Below are positions 12,654 to 25,997 of a stretch of 64,000 bases of DNA, piece by piece. How positions within the stretch are numbered: position 1 is the first letter of the stretch; each line of letters begins with the position of its first letter. Source of the DNA: Azolla caroliniana (Eukaryota; Plantae; Polypodiophyta); NCBI GenBank assembly GCA_043228905.1, contig JBHGNT010000008.1, positions 5,332,001 to 5,396,000 on the forward strand, given 5' to 3'. The translations under genes and the position numbers were made by a program. The notes beneath the pieces are model-generated. The model was not told the DNA's origin. It was given only the letters and a program-made list of their open reading frames with translations, and did no database searches.

Positions 12654-15600
12654 AGCAACCCTAGATCTGTACAACCCATTAGTGGTTCCATTCCTTCCAA
12701 GCAAGTTAGCAATGTGTTCCTAGCCCAAGTCATTGTTAGTACTAAAAGTACTCCCCCAGTACCCGTCCTAGCACTTTTAGATTCCGGAGCTAATTCCTGT
12801 TTCATGGATCGAAATTTTGCCCAAGCTTCTCAGATATCCTTAAGAAAACTTCCTTGTCCCGCATCTGTAGTGGTCATTGATGGTCGTCCCATTGCTTCCG
12901 GGAATATTGTAGAAGAATCAGAACCCATTCAAGTTGTCCTAGGTAGTTTTGTGTGTATAATATCATTTAATATAATTAGTAGTCCAGAGCATCCCATTGT
13001 CCTAGGATTACCTTGGCTTGAATTACATAATCCAGCCATAGATTGGAGAACAAGAGAAGTCCGATATCGACCACCCCAAGAATCAACTCACCGAGTTTCG
13101 ACCATTTCACTCCAACTACGCGAAGAAGGACCCAAGGAGGCAATGTTCCTATTTGCCATATCAGTACATCCTTCCAGCACTATTAAGAAGGACTCCTCAG
13201 TACAACTTCCGGCAAAATATCATCCTTATGCCGATGTATTTGACAAGGTAAAAGCCGGTACCCTTCCTCATCACCGTCCCTATGACTGTCCCATCGATTT
13301 ACAACCAGGAACCGAGCCACCATGGGGACCAATTTACAACTTGTCACCCACCGAGTTAGAAGTCCTTCGAGCCTACATAGAGGAGAACTTGGCAAGCGGG
13401 TTCATCCATCATTCGAAATCTCCGGCCGGTGCACCCATCTTCTTTGTCAAGAAGAAAGATGGCTCACTTCGTCTTGTCGTTGATTACCGCGGATTGAATA
13501 AAGTCACCATCCGGAATAGGTATGCAGTTCCTCTTATATCAAGTCTTTTAGGCGAGTTAATGGTGCCAAGTTTTTTACTAAAATCGACCTACGAGGAGCG
13601 TATAATCTCGTGCGGATCCGACCGGGAGATGAGTGGAAGACCGCTTTTCGCATGCGGTATGGGCATTTCGAGTATACTGTTATGCCGTTTGGCCTAACCA
13701 ATGCACCCGCAGTCTTCCAACACATGGCAAATGATATATTCAGAGACCTCTAGGATATCTGTTTGATCATTTATCTGGATGATCTGTTGATTTATTCGAA
13801 GACCCAGGAAGAGCACGATTCTCATGTACTATTAGTACTAAAGCGACTCCGCGAGAATGGTCTTTATGCCAAGCTAGAAAAATGTAGCTTTGACTGCAAG
13901 CAAGTGGAATTTCTAGGCTACGTCATCTCCTCAAAGGGCATCGCCATGGATCCAGCTAAAATCCAAGCTGTACTAGAGTGGCAAATTCCACGGTCGGTAC
14001 GAGATGTACAATGTTTTCTAGGTTTTGCTAACTTCTACCGTAAGTTTATACAGGATTACTCGAAGATTATTTTACCTCTCACACACCTTACGAAGAAGGG
14101 CCAAGCATTTCTTTGGTCCATCGAAGCAGATATGGCTTTTCGACATCTTAAGAAAGCCTTTACATCAACACCGATTCTAGCTCATGTGGATACAAGCAAA
14201 CCATTCATCATGGAGGCCGACGCATCAGATTTCGCCCTCGGTAGCATCCTTTCTCAACAAGGCGATAAAGAAGAGTTGCATCCGGTGGCTTTCCATTCGC
14301 GCAAATTCAATGTCGCAGAAATCAACTACGAAATACATGACAAGGAGTTATTAGCCATCGTGGATTCATTTGTACAATGGCGGCATTTCTTTGAGGGCTC
14401 TCCACATAAGGTCATTGTCTTTAGCGATCATAAAAATCTTGCTTATTTTCAGAACGCTCGCGTACTAAATCGACGACAAGCTCGGTGGGCGCAATTCCTC
14501 ACGCGTTTCGACTTCAAAATCACATATCGACCGGGGAAGCAGCAAGGAAAAGCAGATGCACTATCACAGCGTTCATATCTTGCACCTCGTCCTGGTGACG
14601 CAACATTTGATAATCAAAAGCAAGTAATCTTGGGACCAACACGATTGCACACGACGCGGATTTTTCACACCCCGATGGATTCACGGATTACCGATGACAT
14701 ACGTGCAACCTTGAAGACGGATAGTTTTGCTCAAAACATCCAGGCGCACATTGATACTTCTCGGGCATCCTGTTCTCAGTCTCAACAACCAGGTATTGAC
14801 TACCGACAATTCGAATATCATGATGGTTTGTTATTCTTTAAAAAGCGCGTATATGTCCCCGATTGCTCCTGTCGCCTTCAAATCGTCCAACATTGTCACG
14901 ACACCCATACGACGGGACATTTTGGTAATACCAAGACGTTGGAGCTAGTGCAGCGATCTTTTTGGTGGCCCCACATGCGCCGTTTTGTCGACGACTACGT
15001 TCGGACCTGTGATGCTTGCTGCAAGCAAAGATGCCACGACACCATCCATATGGCTTGTTGGAACCTTTACCAATTCCAAGTAAGCCATGGCAGTCTATTT
15101 GTCTTGATTTTATCACAGATCTGCCGGTCTCGAAGGGGTTCGATGCTATCCTAACCGTCGTTGATCGATATACGAAGATGGCACATTTTGTGCCATGTAC
15201 TAAAGCCATCACTAGCGAGGAAACCGCCGCTCTTGTTATGCGTGAGGTATTTCGGCATCATGGCCTCCCAGACATTATTATCAGTGACCGAGGCCCGCAA
15301 TTTGTCTCCAAATTTTGGCAGCATCTCTTCAAGATGCTCAAGGTCTCCTGCAACCTCTCCTCCGGCTACCATCCTCAGACCGACAGACAGGCGGAACGAA
15401 CAAACCAAACGTTGGAGCAATATCTCCGGTGTTTCCTGAGTTATCAACAGGACGATTGGGCCGAGATTCTCCACTTTGCGGAGTTTGCGTATAATAATGC
15501 TATTCACTCCTCGACTCGGGTCTCCCCATTTTTCGCTTATACCGGTTTCCATCCTCGCTGGTCGGTGATCGACACTCCAGAGCTACCTACCAACCCTCGT

Positions 15601-16164
15601 GCCGAGGACCATTTGGAGAGGCTACGCAAGATCCAGATGGATCTCTCTACTCACCTTCGTCATGCTCAACACACACAGAAGACTTATGCGGATCGTCATC
15701 GGATTCCCTCCTCTTTTGTCATCGAAGATCGAGTATGGGGTCTTACGTCGTCACATCAAGACTACTCGACCGTGCGACAAGTTGGATTATCGACGACTCG
15801 GTCCTTTCCGTATTACGGGGAAGATTAATGATGTCACCTTCCGCCTTGATCTCCCTCCGCAGCTTCAAATACATCCGGTTTTCCATTGTTCTCTTCTTGA
15901 ACCTTATAAAGCAAACACCATTCCCGATCATGTGACACCACCGCCGCCCCAGAGTATGAAGTTGCTGCCATCCTCGATTCCAAACTTGTTCGCAACAAAC
16001 TTTATTACTTTGTCGATTGGCTCGGTTATAGTCCGAGCGAACGTACTTAGGAACCCGTCGGGAATGTTGCCAATGCACAAGATCTTCTTGCTGATTTCCA
16101 CCAAAAGTATCCGGACAAACCCGGTCCGCAATTAGCGCTGACTTGTTCCACTCGTCGTCTTTAA
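12618..16164 (+). pseudogene. Chromovirus pol (PR-RT-RH-INT-chromodomain), frameshifted
   Basis: ORFs 12618-13697, 13763-15154, 15016-15828 and 15599-16135 are successive domains. Confidence 0.93.
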
Positions 16165-18264
16165 GGGGGAGATAGTGTCATGATATGGCAAGTCTCGAAC
16201 CCATGACTTTATGCTACATGGGTCGAGCTCTTACCATTAGACTATGAATTGTATTTTGTAGGATATTATTTTCATTTATACTTTATCATAGAAAATTGAT
16301 GTATATTCCAGATCTCTCTGGAACATTCTAGAAGCTTCAGGATTATTCCTAAAAACACTATAAAAGGAGGCACAAGGCATTGTTTTGAACCAAATTGGTT
16401 CAATGCCAGTCTTAAGCCTCTTAGCCGCTTGTACTTATCTTTTCACATAATATATTAGCTGTTGTCATCATCTCTCTCTCATTCTCGCTATCTCTCTCTC
16501 TCCTCTTCTCACTTCCTCTCTCGGGAATCTTACGCAGTCCCGTCCTCTTAGTACTAATAGTACTGTTGTTCTTTAGTACTAATTCCATCTCTGTTTTAGT
16601 ACTATTCCTGACAGCTACCGGGGTAAATATCTCGTCGAAGTCCATGCCCTTCTTCTGCAACTTGTACACCCACTTGTTTCGGAGTGCCCGCTTTCCTTTC
16701 GGCAACTCCACCAATTCGGATGTATGGTTCTCATGCAGAGAATCCATCTCATCCTGCATGGCACTTAACCATTTTCGGCTGTGGGTGTCATCCTTCGCTT
16801 CTTCGAAGCTTTCTGGCTCCCCCTCATTGGTTAGCAGCACATGCTCTGCATCCGGAAATCTCCGGGGGGGGCTTCTCTCTCTTAGAGAATATCTCCATGT
16901 TTGGCTTTCGGCAATCGGCTCCTCTATTTGATCTTCATCCAAATCCGATTCGGGGTCTTGGCCGGTTCCGGTTCCAGCTTCCTCTACTTCTTTTTCTGCT
17001 GTTTCAGTATCCTCACCGTAACCGGCTGGTTCCTCGAGTGCTCACCGGTCTCTTGCCGGTTGGGTCTGCTCATCGTAGAATCGATCCTTACCGGTCGACT
17101 CAGAGTTCATTATCTTCTTCTCCGACTCCCAGTCGGCGAGCGTCTTGGCCTCCATGAAGATAATATCTCGACTCCGGAATACCTTTCTGTCGACTAGGTC
17201 CCACACTCGGTAGCCGAACTCATCGTCTCCATAACCGGGGAATATGCATGGCCGGGTCTTCGGATCTAGTTTTCCTCTCCGGTCCTTAGCTACATGCACA
17301 TACGCAAGACACCTGAATACCTTCAGATGCCGGTAGGACACTTCCTTACCGGTCCAAACTCTCTGTGGCGTGTCTCCATCCAAGGGTACTGAGGGTGATC
17401 TGTTTATCACATACGTCGCTGTCAACAGTGCCTCAGCCCAAAACGCCTTGGGTAGTTTTGCATGTGCTAGCATACTCCAGACCCTCTCCATTATGGTCCG
17501 GTTCATCCTCTCGGTCAACCTGTTTAGTTCCGGCGTCTTCGGCACGGTAAATTCGAGCCGGATTCCCTTCGAGCGACAGTACTCCTAGAACTGCCCCCGA
17601 TATTCACCTTCGTTATCTACTCGAACCGCCTTCAGCTTCCGGCCGGTTTCTCTTTCCACTCTCGCATGGAGCTCTTTGAAGACGGATAGCACCTGATCCT
17701 TGGTCTTCAACGGTGTGGCCCACAGCTTCCGGCTGTGGTCATCTATGAACGTCACGAAGTACTGCTATCCTGCATGTGACTTCGTGTCCACTTGACGCAC
17801 ATCAGTATGCACCAACTCCAGTGGTGCATTATGTCTCATCGGTGGCCTTGGTCGGAAGGAGGTCCGGTTTTGCTTACTGGCCAGACAATCAGTGCACTTC
17901 TCCAAGTGCACGTTCATCACTGGTATGAGGTTGTCCTTTGCAAGCCTCTTCATCCCCTTCTCGCTCATGTGACACGGCCTTTTGTACCACAACTCACCGG
18001 CTGTGTCGGATGCCACGTTCACTTCCTCCGGACATAACCGGGCATTCATCAGGTACAACGTGTTTACCTTCCAGGCCCGAGCCACAATCAGGCTCCCTTT
18101 GCCGAACTTCATAACACCATTCCGGATGCTACCCCAGTAGCCTTCATCATCTAGCCGACTGACTGATATCAGGTTCAGACGAACCTCCGAAACGTGTCAG
18201 ACATCGTTTAACAGCATCTTGCATCTGGTTCGTGTTGTCAGCCACACATCTCCTATGCCGACAA

Positions 18265-21200
18265 TGTCGAATACATGTGTATAATGGACGTATTCACACT
18301 ATCCCTCTGGGCCATTTGTGTAATTAGCATAAAGGGTAGTTGCCCTAAGTCGGTCACTATATATAGTGACCTTGTAACCTTTTTGTAAGGTTGGGTGTTG
18401 TATTGTTTCTTTGAGAAATAGAAAGTCTTTTGTGTCTCTCTCTCTCTCTCTCTGTGCAACGAATTAGAAACTGTCATACGCAGGTACAAAACAGCAATCG
18501 AATGCTGCTTGATCTTCCGCACAGACGACCTCGTCTACAACATCTGGTATCAGAGCAGAGGTTCGGCCGTCATCACCGCCTGCACAGCATTCGGTTCTTC
18601 ACTTCATCACGGCCTGCACAGTATTCGCGTCATTCGAAGAAAGAGAGAAGAAGAACAAAAACGAGGTTTGCACCTCATCGCGTTAGATCCTCTTGCTTGG
18701 AGTAAGCCATCAGGTTGTACTCTGTTCCTTGTGATCGTAACCGCTCGAGGTGAAATCCCCTTGTGCAACATTGACACGATCGTGCTCCACTCGGTTAAAC
18801 GGCATCCGAAGAAGTCAACAACATCTGCTCGCCGCTCGTTGTAACCACTCGGTGCAGATCGGTCTTAAGACAACAACCCCAAATTCGTGCTTCATCTGGC
18901 TGATCGACATTCGGGAGGATCAGTTGGATCCGTCTCTCTCGTTGCTGCAGTCAACCGAAGCAGAATCGGTCCAGATAATCGGTTTCAATAATCGGTATTC
19001 GGCATAAATATCCGAAGCGAACCGGGCTCACTCCGACTCGGCAACATTCGGGAAGACCAGTCGGTTCTGTCCCTCAAGCTACCGAAGTCAATTCGAGCAA
19101 GTTCGACAAATACATATATCCGAAGCCGAACCGACTCGGGTTCAAATCCGACTAGAACGATATCGGGTGAGCCAACCGGCTGCACTCCTTCAAGGTTCGT
19201 AGTCAACTCCGAACCGAGCTTCGCCAACCGAAACCAAATTTGATGGCATCAACATCCGGCTCGTCAGAAATGAGTCTACGAAAGTTCGATGGATCGAACT
19301 TCAACTTCTGGAAGGAGCAAATGCAGGACTATCTCATAGTCAAGGGGCAAATCGATCCCATCGAAAATGAAGAACCTCCAGAAGGATACAAACCAATTGA
19401 GTGGCAGAAGCTGGACAGAATCGTCCGCGCTACGATTCGGATGCACCTATCGGAATCGGTATATTTTACGGTGCAATCGTGTACGACAGCATTCGAACTG
19501 TGGAAAACATTGTCGGACACTTACGAAAAGAAGGTCGCCGCAACGAAGATGTTTCTGATCCGGCGCCTCTACAACTTGCGGATGAAAGAATCAGATTCGG
19601 TTCAAGCACACCTCAATGAGTACGAAAGCATAAGCTCCCAAATCTCGTCACAGGGGACGGCAATCGAGGATGAACTCAGAGCAATGATACTCATGAGTAG
19701 CCTTCCCTCATCATGGGAAACTTTCGTCACAACCGTGTGCAACGCGTCAACCACGGCTGTTAAGTACTCCGAAGTCACGAGCGCAATCCTGACCGAAGCA
19801 GCTCGGAGAAAGTCTTTCGCCAAAGACTCCACAGACGACGCTTATGTAGTACAAGGTTCGACAGACCGATCGAACATACGAGGAAGAGATTCCTCACGGC
19901 CTCCGAACAATCAGCGAAGACGGAGCCAGTCACGGGATAACCGAATCTGCAACTATTGCAAGAAACCCGGACACATCAAAGCCGACTGCCGCGCACTCAA
20001 GAACAAGAACAACAAGAAGAGTGGCCGGCATGAGGAGATCAATTACGTCAGCTTCTCAGCTGATGTACTACCGGACGACCCGAATATACTATCAATCGAA
20101 AATCCAGTCGGATCAGAAGTTCTACTCACGACTGAAGAATCGAGCACATGGCTCTTAGATTCGGGCGCTTCATTTCACGTGACTCCTCATCGATCCCAAT
20201 TTCGGCAATATACGATCCGTCACTCCGACTCAGTTCGAGTCGGCAACTCACAACACTGTGACATCATCGGAATCAGCACAGTAGAGCTCAACCTTGCAGG
20301 TGGCTCTACACTTGTACTCCACAATGTCCGACATGTACCCGAGCTCACAAGGCCATTGATCTCAGTCGGACAACTAGATGAAGACGGCATTCGTGCCGGT
20401 TTTTCTTCGGGAGGGTGGACACTCCACAGGGGGAACCTCCTGCTTGCTAGAGGACCCAAGATACACTCACTGTATCCGCTACATGTTACGCTCAGAGAGG
20501 GTAACCTGTTTTTGGTGGATATTCCTGTGTCATCACTATGGCACAGAAGATTAGGACACCTCAGCAAGGCCGGCATTACGCATCTATCTAGAGCCGGATA
20601 CATCCCCAAACTCTCCTTCTCCGACCATCAATTCTGCGAGCATTGCCAGTATGGCAAACAAGCAGCCGCATCACACCCGACATCAGCACCAAGAGAAACG
20701 AGACCTCTTGATTTAGTCCATTCGGACGTCTGTGGCCCAATGCCGCATCAGTCTCTAGGCGGTGCCTCTTACTTCGTCAGTTTTATTGACGATTCGACTC
20801 GAAAGGTGTGGGCTTATCCAATTCGAACCAAAGATCGTGTCTTCTCGATCTTCACCGATTGGCTCGCTATGGTAGAAAATCAAACCGACCGAAAGCTGAA
20901 ATGCCTTCGGACAGACAATGGGGGAGAGTTCAAATCCGAAGAATTCGTCAAATTCTGCCGACAACGCGGCATCAGACGTGAATTTACGGCACCACACAGC
21001 CCGGAGCAAAACGGGATTGCCGAACGAATGAATCGGACAATCCAAGAAAGGATAGTTTCCATGCTCCAACACTCCGGACTGTCGGATGGCTTCTGGGCAG
21101 AGGCTCTACTCACGGCAGTACACATAATCAACATGTCGCCAAGTAGACCTCTAGGACTTCAAATTCCTCAGGAACTATGGATCGGCAGCAAGCCGAATTA

Positions 21201-23611
21201 CGACAAGCTGAGGATCTTCGGATGCGAGGCGTACGCCCTTATTCCGAAAGATGATCGCCGAAAACTTGCACCTCGGTCCAGGAAATGCATTTTCCTTGGA
21301 TATGGATCAGACGGCAAAATGGGATACCGACTCTGGGACCCCGAACGCCGACAAATCGTTCGAAGTTCGGACGTTGTGTTCAACGAGTCGGCTATGACTC
21401 CATCAGTCGAAACACCGACCGAAGTCCGAAGGGTAACATTTTCCGATGTGCCGACCCTTCAAGAAGGCCCCGCTCTTAACACACGGTCAGCTTCACGGGT
21501 AGCTGAACCTTACACTACCGACTCGGACAACCCCGACTCGGCACAGCAGAACAATCCGCTTTCGGACCATCCGACCTCGATACCCGATGCGACCAGCCCA
21601 ATCATACCTCGACGATCCGAGAGACTGTCGCAACCTCCGGAGAGGTATTCTCCTGGAATTTTCTTCACCGACGCCGGAGAACCGACGTCTTACGAAGAAG
21701 CATCGACATCTGTCGATTCCGCCACCTGGCATCTGGCGATGGAGTCGGAAATGCACTCCATTCGGGCAAACAAGACTTGGGATCTGGTCGAATTACCTAG
21801 GAACCGACGTGCTCTTCCTTGCAAGTGGGTTTATCGACTAAAAGAGACGTCTGATTCGACCACCCCAAAGTACAAGGCCAGATTAGTTGCGAAGGGCTTC
21901 CGACAAAACAGCATTCCTCCATGGTGATCTTGAAGAGGAAATTTATATGGAGCAGCCAAAAGGCTTCGTGGCAACTGGCCAAGAACATCTAGTCTGCCGA
22001 CTCAGGAAGAGTCTATACGGCCTCAAACAGGCACCACGACAATGGTACAAGAAGTTCGACGACTTCATCCAATCGATCGGCTTCTCCAAAAGCGATGAGG
22101 ACCATTGTCTCTTCACCAACACAGGTCAAGATGGATCACCCATCTTCCTCATCATTTACGTGGACGACATGCTAATTTCTGGACGCCACGCGGGCGAACT
22201 TGCCGATCTCGTTCGGCAACTGCGGTTGAAGTTTGCCATGAAGGACCTCGGTCCGGCACGACACATCCTTGGCATGAAGATTAGTCGGCATCGCGATAAA
22301 CGACATCTTTTTTTGTCTCAGACCGACTATATCCGACGTGTCTTAGAACGCTTCAACATGCAATCAGCCAAATCTGCATCAACCCCGCTCCCCATGAATC
22401 TTCGGCTCTCTCAGCGAGACTGCTCGACATCCGGTCCGGAGGGGGAAGATATGAAGTCGGTACCGTATGCACCGGCAGTCGGCTCCCTTATGTACCTGAT
22501 GGTCGCGACACGGCCTGATATCTCTCATGCCGTAGGAGTCGTTAGCAGATTTATGCACAATCCTGGCCGATCGCATTGGAACGCAGTCAAGCATGTGTTC
22601 AGATATCTGGCTGGCACAAAAGACCACGGCATTCTTTTCGGTCCGAACCGAACCTCAGGCGTAGTCGGTTACACCGACTCGGATTTCGCCGGCTGTATAG
22701 ACAGTCGGAAATCAACAACCGGATACTGCTTCAAATTCGGCATTGGAGCAATCTCATGGAAGTCGAAACTTCAGGAGTGCACAGCGACCTCAACGACCGA
22801 AGCAGAATATGTAGCTGCGTCCGACGCAGCAAAAGAAGCTTTGTGGCTCGGTCGGCTGGCGCACACGTTTCGACAAGTCGACCATGACTCGGCTCCAGTT
22901 GTCTACAGCGACAGTCAAGGTGCTGTTGCCTTGTCAAAAAATCCGGTTCACCACAACGCCTCCAAACATATCGACGTTCGATATCACTTCGTTCGGGACT
23001 GCGTCATTTCAGGGAAAATCGGTCTAGAGAAAATATCCACAACCGACAATGTCGCAGATGGAATGACCAAGTGTCTCTCGGCAGACCGTTTTCGGTCTCT
23101 TCGGCATCAGATGGGCGTAACGACAAACCAGTCCGGTTAGAGCCGGACACAGAGCAGGATGGTTCCCGACAACCGACATCAGTTCCTTAATGATCGGCTT
23201 CAACTGTCCCGACCCGACCAGTTTGGTCTTCTGCCTTCGGACCCTGCCGACTCGAACAAAGCTGATATGTCCGAGAACCTAAGTCTATACCTGTAATCTT
23301 AGATAACTCATGTATACGCCCATTACGGGGGAGTGTCGAATACATGTGTATAATGGACGTATTCACACTATCCCTCTGGGCCATTTGTGTAATTAGCATA
23401 AAGGGTAGTTGCCCTAAGTCGGTCACTATATATAGTGACCTTGTAACCTTTTTGTAAGGTTGGGTGTTGTATTGTTTCTTTGAGAAATAGAAAGTCTTTT
23501 GTGTCTCTCTCTCTCTCTCTCTGTGCAACGAATTAGAAACTGTCATACGCAGGTACAAAACAGCAATCGAATGCTGCTTGATCTTCCGCACAGACGACCT
23601 CGTCTACAACA
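18265..23611 (+). mobile_element. Ty1/copia element C, very young, nested in the Copia B protease region
   Basis: 278-bp LTRs 18265-18542 and 23334-23611 look identical; perfect TSD GACAA; PBS TGGTATCAGAGC at 18545-18556; PPT CGGGGGAG before 23334. Confidence 0.97.
19243..23140 (+). pseudogene. Copia gag-pol polyprotein, open except for one frameshifting deletion in RT at ~21905
   Basis: ORF 19240-21927 (gag, CNYCKKPGH, LDSGAS, HSDVCGP integrase, KARLVAKGFRQ) and ORF 21887-23140 (KTAFLHG, YVDD, RNase H, KHIDVRYHF). Confidence 0.95.
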
Positions 23612-24675
23612 GACAATTCGGCATGTACCTTCATTCCCCATCCGGACACAACCGTGATCACTAGCTGAGTAGGATGAGAAGCATTTCCGGTTCGGGGTAA
23701 GGTGGAACGACGCTCCAGAGTCGACCACCCAGGTCATCTCGTCGTCGGCAAGGTTTATCTCACTCTCCTCGGTGATGAGCATCAACTCTTCTTCACTTGC
23801 TGCGATTGCTGTCATTCCCTTCTGGTCCGGCCCCCTCCACTCTTTACTGTTCCGGTCCGGTGTCCACTTCGAATCGGTACCGTCGGTTTCCTTGTCTTTT
23901 AGGAAATGCCGACAGTTCTTCTGGAAGTGTCCCGGCTTGCCGCAATTGAAGCAGGTAGGCCTCCCCCTTGACTTTGACGGTCTCCCCGACTTCTCCCAGT
24001 TCTGGGGACTACGGTTCCTTTGTCTTCCGCCTTCCGATTCGGTAAGGAGCGCTTTGGAGTCGGAGCTCGTATCCTTATCTTTCCGACGCGCCTCCTCATC
24101 TAGCAAGCTCGACTTCACTCTTGCTAGGGATAACCATTTCCCTTCCGGCCCGGCGTTGCCCAAAGTGACAACCAACGTCTCCCAGCTATCCGGGAGGAAA
24201 CCGAGCAGGAGTAGCGCTAGTACCTCATCGACGAGAGGTACTTCCAATGTTGTTGCCTGGTGTATCAGCCCCTGGAAGGCATTCATGTGCTCTGCCATGC
24301 TGGAGCCATCTTGGTACCAGAGTCTTACTAGCTTCCGGAATACCGAAACCTGGTTAACAACATTTTTGTTTTGAAACATAATGTCGATCTTCTCCCAAAG
24401 CTCATGAGCCTTTCTCTCTTCATTGAAGTTGTTGTAGAGACTCATGTCGATGAAGCACCGTATGTACGCCGTTGTCTTCATGTGCATCACCTCCCATATC
24501 GCGGCGTGGATTTTGTCCGGTCTCTTGTCCCTGAACTAAACCGACAACCTAAGATCTTTAACCACGAGCATGTCCCTCATCTTCGACTTCCACACCGAAT
24601 AGTTGGAGTTGGTAAGCTTGAACATACCTCCCAACGAATTGTCCATTTTCTGTGTCGTTTTGCTCTGATACCACT

Positions 24676-25327
24676 TGACAGGAACTACACGCTCCCTTTG
24701 CGCAACGCTCGGCCACAACCGAGCTTAGAATCATACACAGAAAACGGGAAACGAAAGCACGACACAATGGAGAGAGGAGTACACAGGATGTTAACGTGGA
24801 AAACCCAAACTAGGGAAAAACCACGGTAGCCCACAGACTGCAAACTATCACTATATCAAAATGTACAATAGTGAAGCACCGAGGCAATGACCTCGAGCTT
24901 GCTATCTTCGCCACAGGCGGCGGTTACAACAAAGATACGAACTCTTCGTCTCTTTCTCTCTCTCTCTCTCTCTCTCTATACACAGTTGCGCTATAATCTT
25001 GCACCAACAAGAATAACGACTCACAATAAGAGAGTTTGCCCTAAGTCATATTTATACTAATATGACTTTTCGGCTATTTACACATATAGCCCCAATGGAC
25101 TCTTACGAAACATATTTATGAATATGTTCCTTCATCCGGTGAGCACTCCTCACCGGGCCTGCATCATCCGGCACTTGTCGGGTACTCGTCATCCGGTTCT
25201 CACCGGGTCTTCCGTTACCGGGTACTCCTCATCCGGTTCTCACCGGGTCTTCCGTAGCCGGGTACACCACATCCGGTTTCTGTTCTGTTCTTCTCACTTC
25301 CCATCCGGAGGGACCTATTTCCTAACA
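24676..25327 (-). repeat. Copia B 5' LTR
   Basis: Adjacent to the Met PBS; repeat of 8950-9636. Confidence 0.95.
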
Positions 25328-25997
25328 AACAGCTTGTCCTCCGGGATGTCCCTCATCATCATCTCGATGCAATAGGCCTTGAGATAGCTTGTCACGTTCT
25401 TCTCACCAAATCGGCCTATTGTGCCGACAATCGATTCGATGGCCTTGTTAAGGGCACCCGAGGCCTCATGAGTGCTGACTAGGTGGTCAACAGCTACCGC
25501 CATGGCTTCAGCGAGCTCACTTCCCCTCATCTTCAAGAACTCCTCTACTGCCTGATTCACGTCAGGTTCACCAAATTATGTCGTGTTATTCCGCGTATGC
25601 GTGGGAACCTAGGCGGGACCATTGCGGCCTTAAACCAAGGAGCCTAAAAGATGAAGAATGAGAGGGAGAATAATAATCGGAGAACAATTAACGTCGATAG
25701 CCAAAAGCAATAGACCACGGGATAGCACTGGACACAACCGATTTGGCCGGGTGCAGAGTGACACAACGAGGAATTCCGACAACAAATAGAATTGATTAGA
25801 TTACAACCGGCTCAGCGAACAAAACACACACCCGCGCACCGAGCTACAATGGGGAGCCCCTGTCGGGAGCACACAGGCTTCCTACGCGAGCAGAGGCGTC
25901 TGGCTGAACAAAACGTCAACAGAGGATACGAATATAGAGCACGAGTGCACGATTCCCAAACCAACAACACTTCCTTCTCTCCCCAAAACGTGATACC

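Larger units (their letters stand above)
10952..16613 (+). mobile_element. Ty3/gypsy chromovirus (Tcn1-like), copy B: full length, nested in Copia B RT
   Basis: LTRs 10952-11395 and 16176-16613 (about 6 substitutions plus microsatellite length); TSD GCTAG/GCTAC; PPT AAGGGGGAGATAG at 16163-16175; gag with CLYCGGLGHIAINC, protease LLDSGA, RT YLDD, RNase H, integrase and chromodomain. Confidence 0.96.
8950..25327 (-). mobile_element. Ty1/copia element B, full length and degenerate, carrying two nested elements
   Basis: LTRs 24676-25327 (5') and 8950-9636 (3'); PBS TGGTATCAGAGCA (tRNA-iMet) at 24661-24673; PPT GAAGGGGGAG at ~9639-9648; TSD AATAG/AACAG; gag ATG 24646, zinc knuckle CFNCGKPGH, protease VDSGAS, integrase, RT and RNase H in copia order. 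Confidence 0.95.
5625..25995 (-). mobile_element. Ty3/gypsy G1 (tRNA-Trp primed), split into 5625-7920, 8579-8949 and 25328-~25995 by nested insertions; truncated at both ends
   Basis: Gag pieces rejoin across the insertions (RDIPEDKL|LSRFPRVV; DWAMLK|GVCSRFDKR); protease LIDHGSEINLMS at 6476-7219; start of pol (NTKYKT) at 5694-6170; PBS TGGTGAACCTGACGTGAATC at ~25554-25573; LTR begins 25579. Paralogous to G2. Confidence 0.85.

Noticed and set aside
18253-18522. Near-identical ORFs at 18253-18522 and 23187-23591 as a duplicated gene
   Set aside because: They are antisense readings of the two identical Copia C LTRs.
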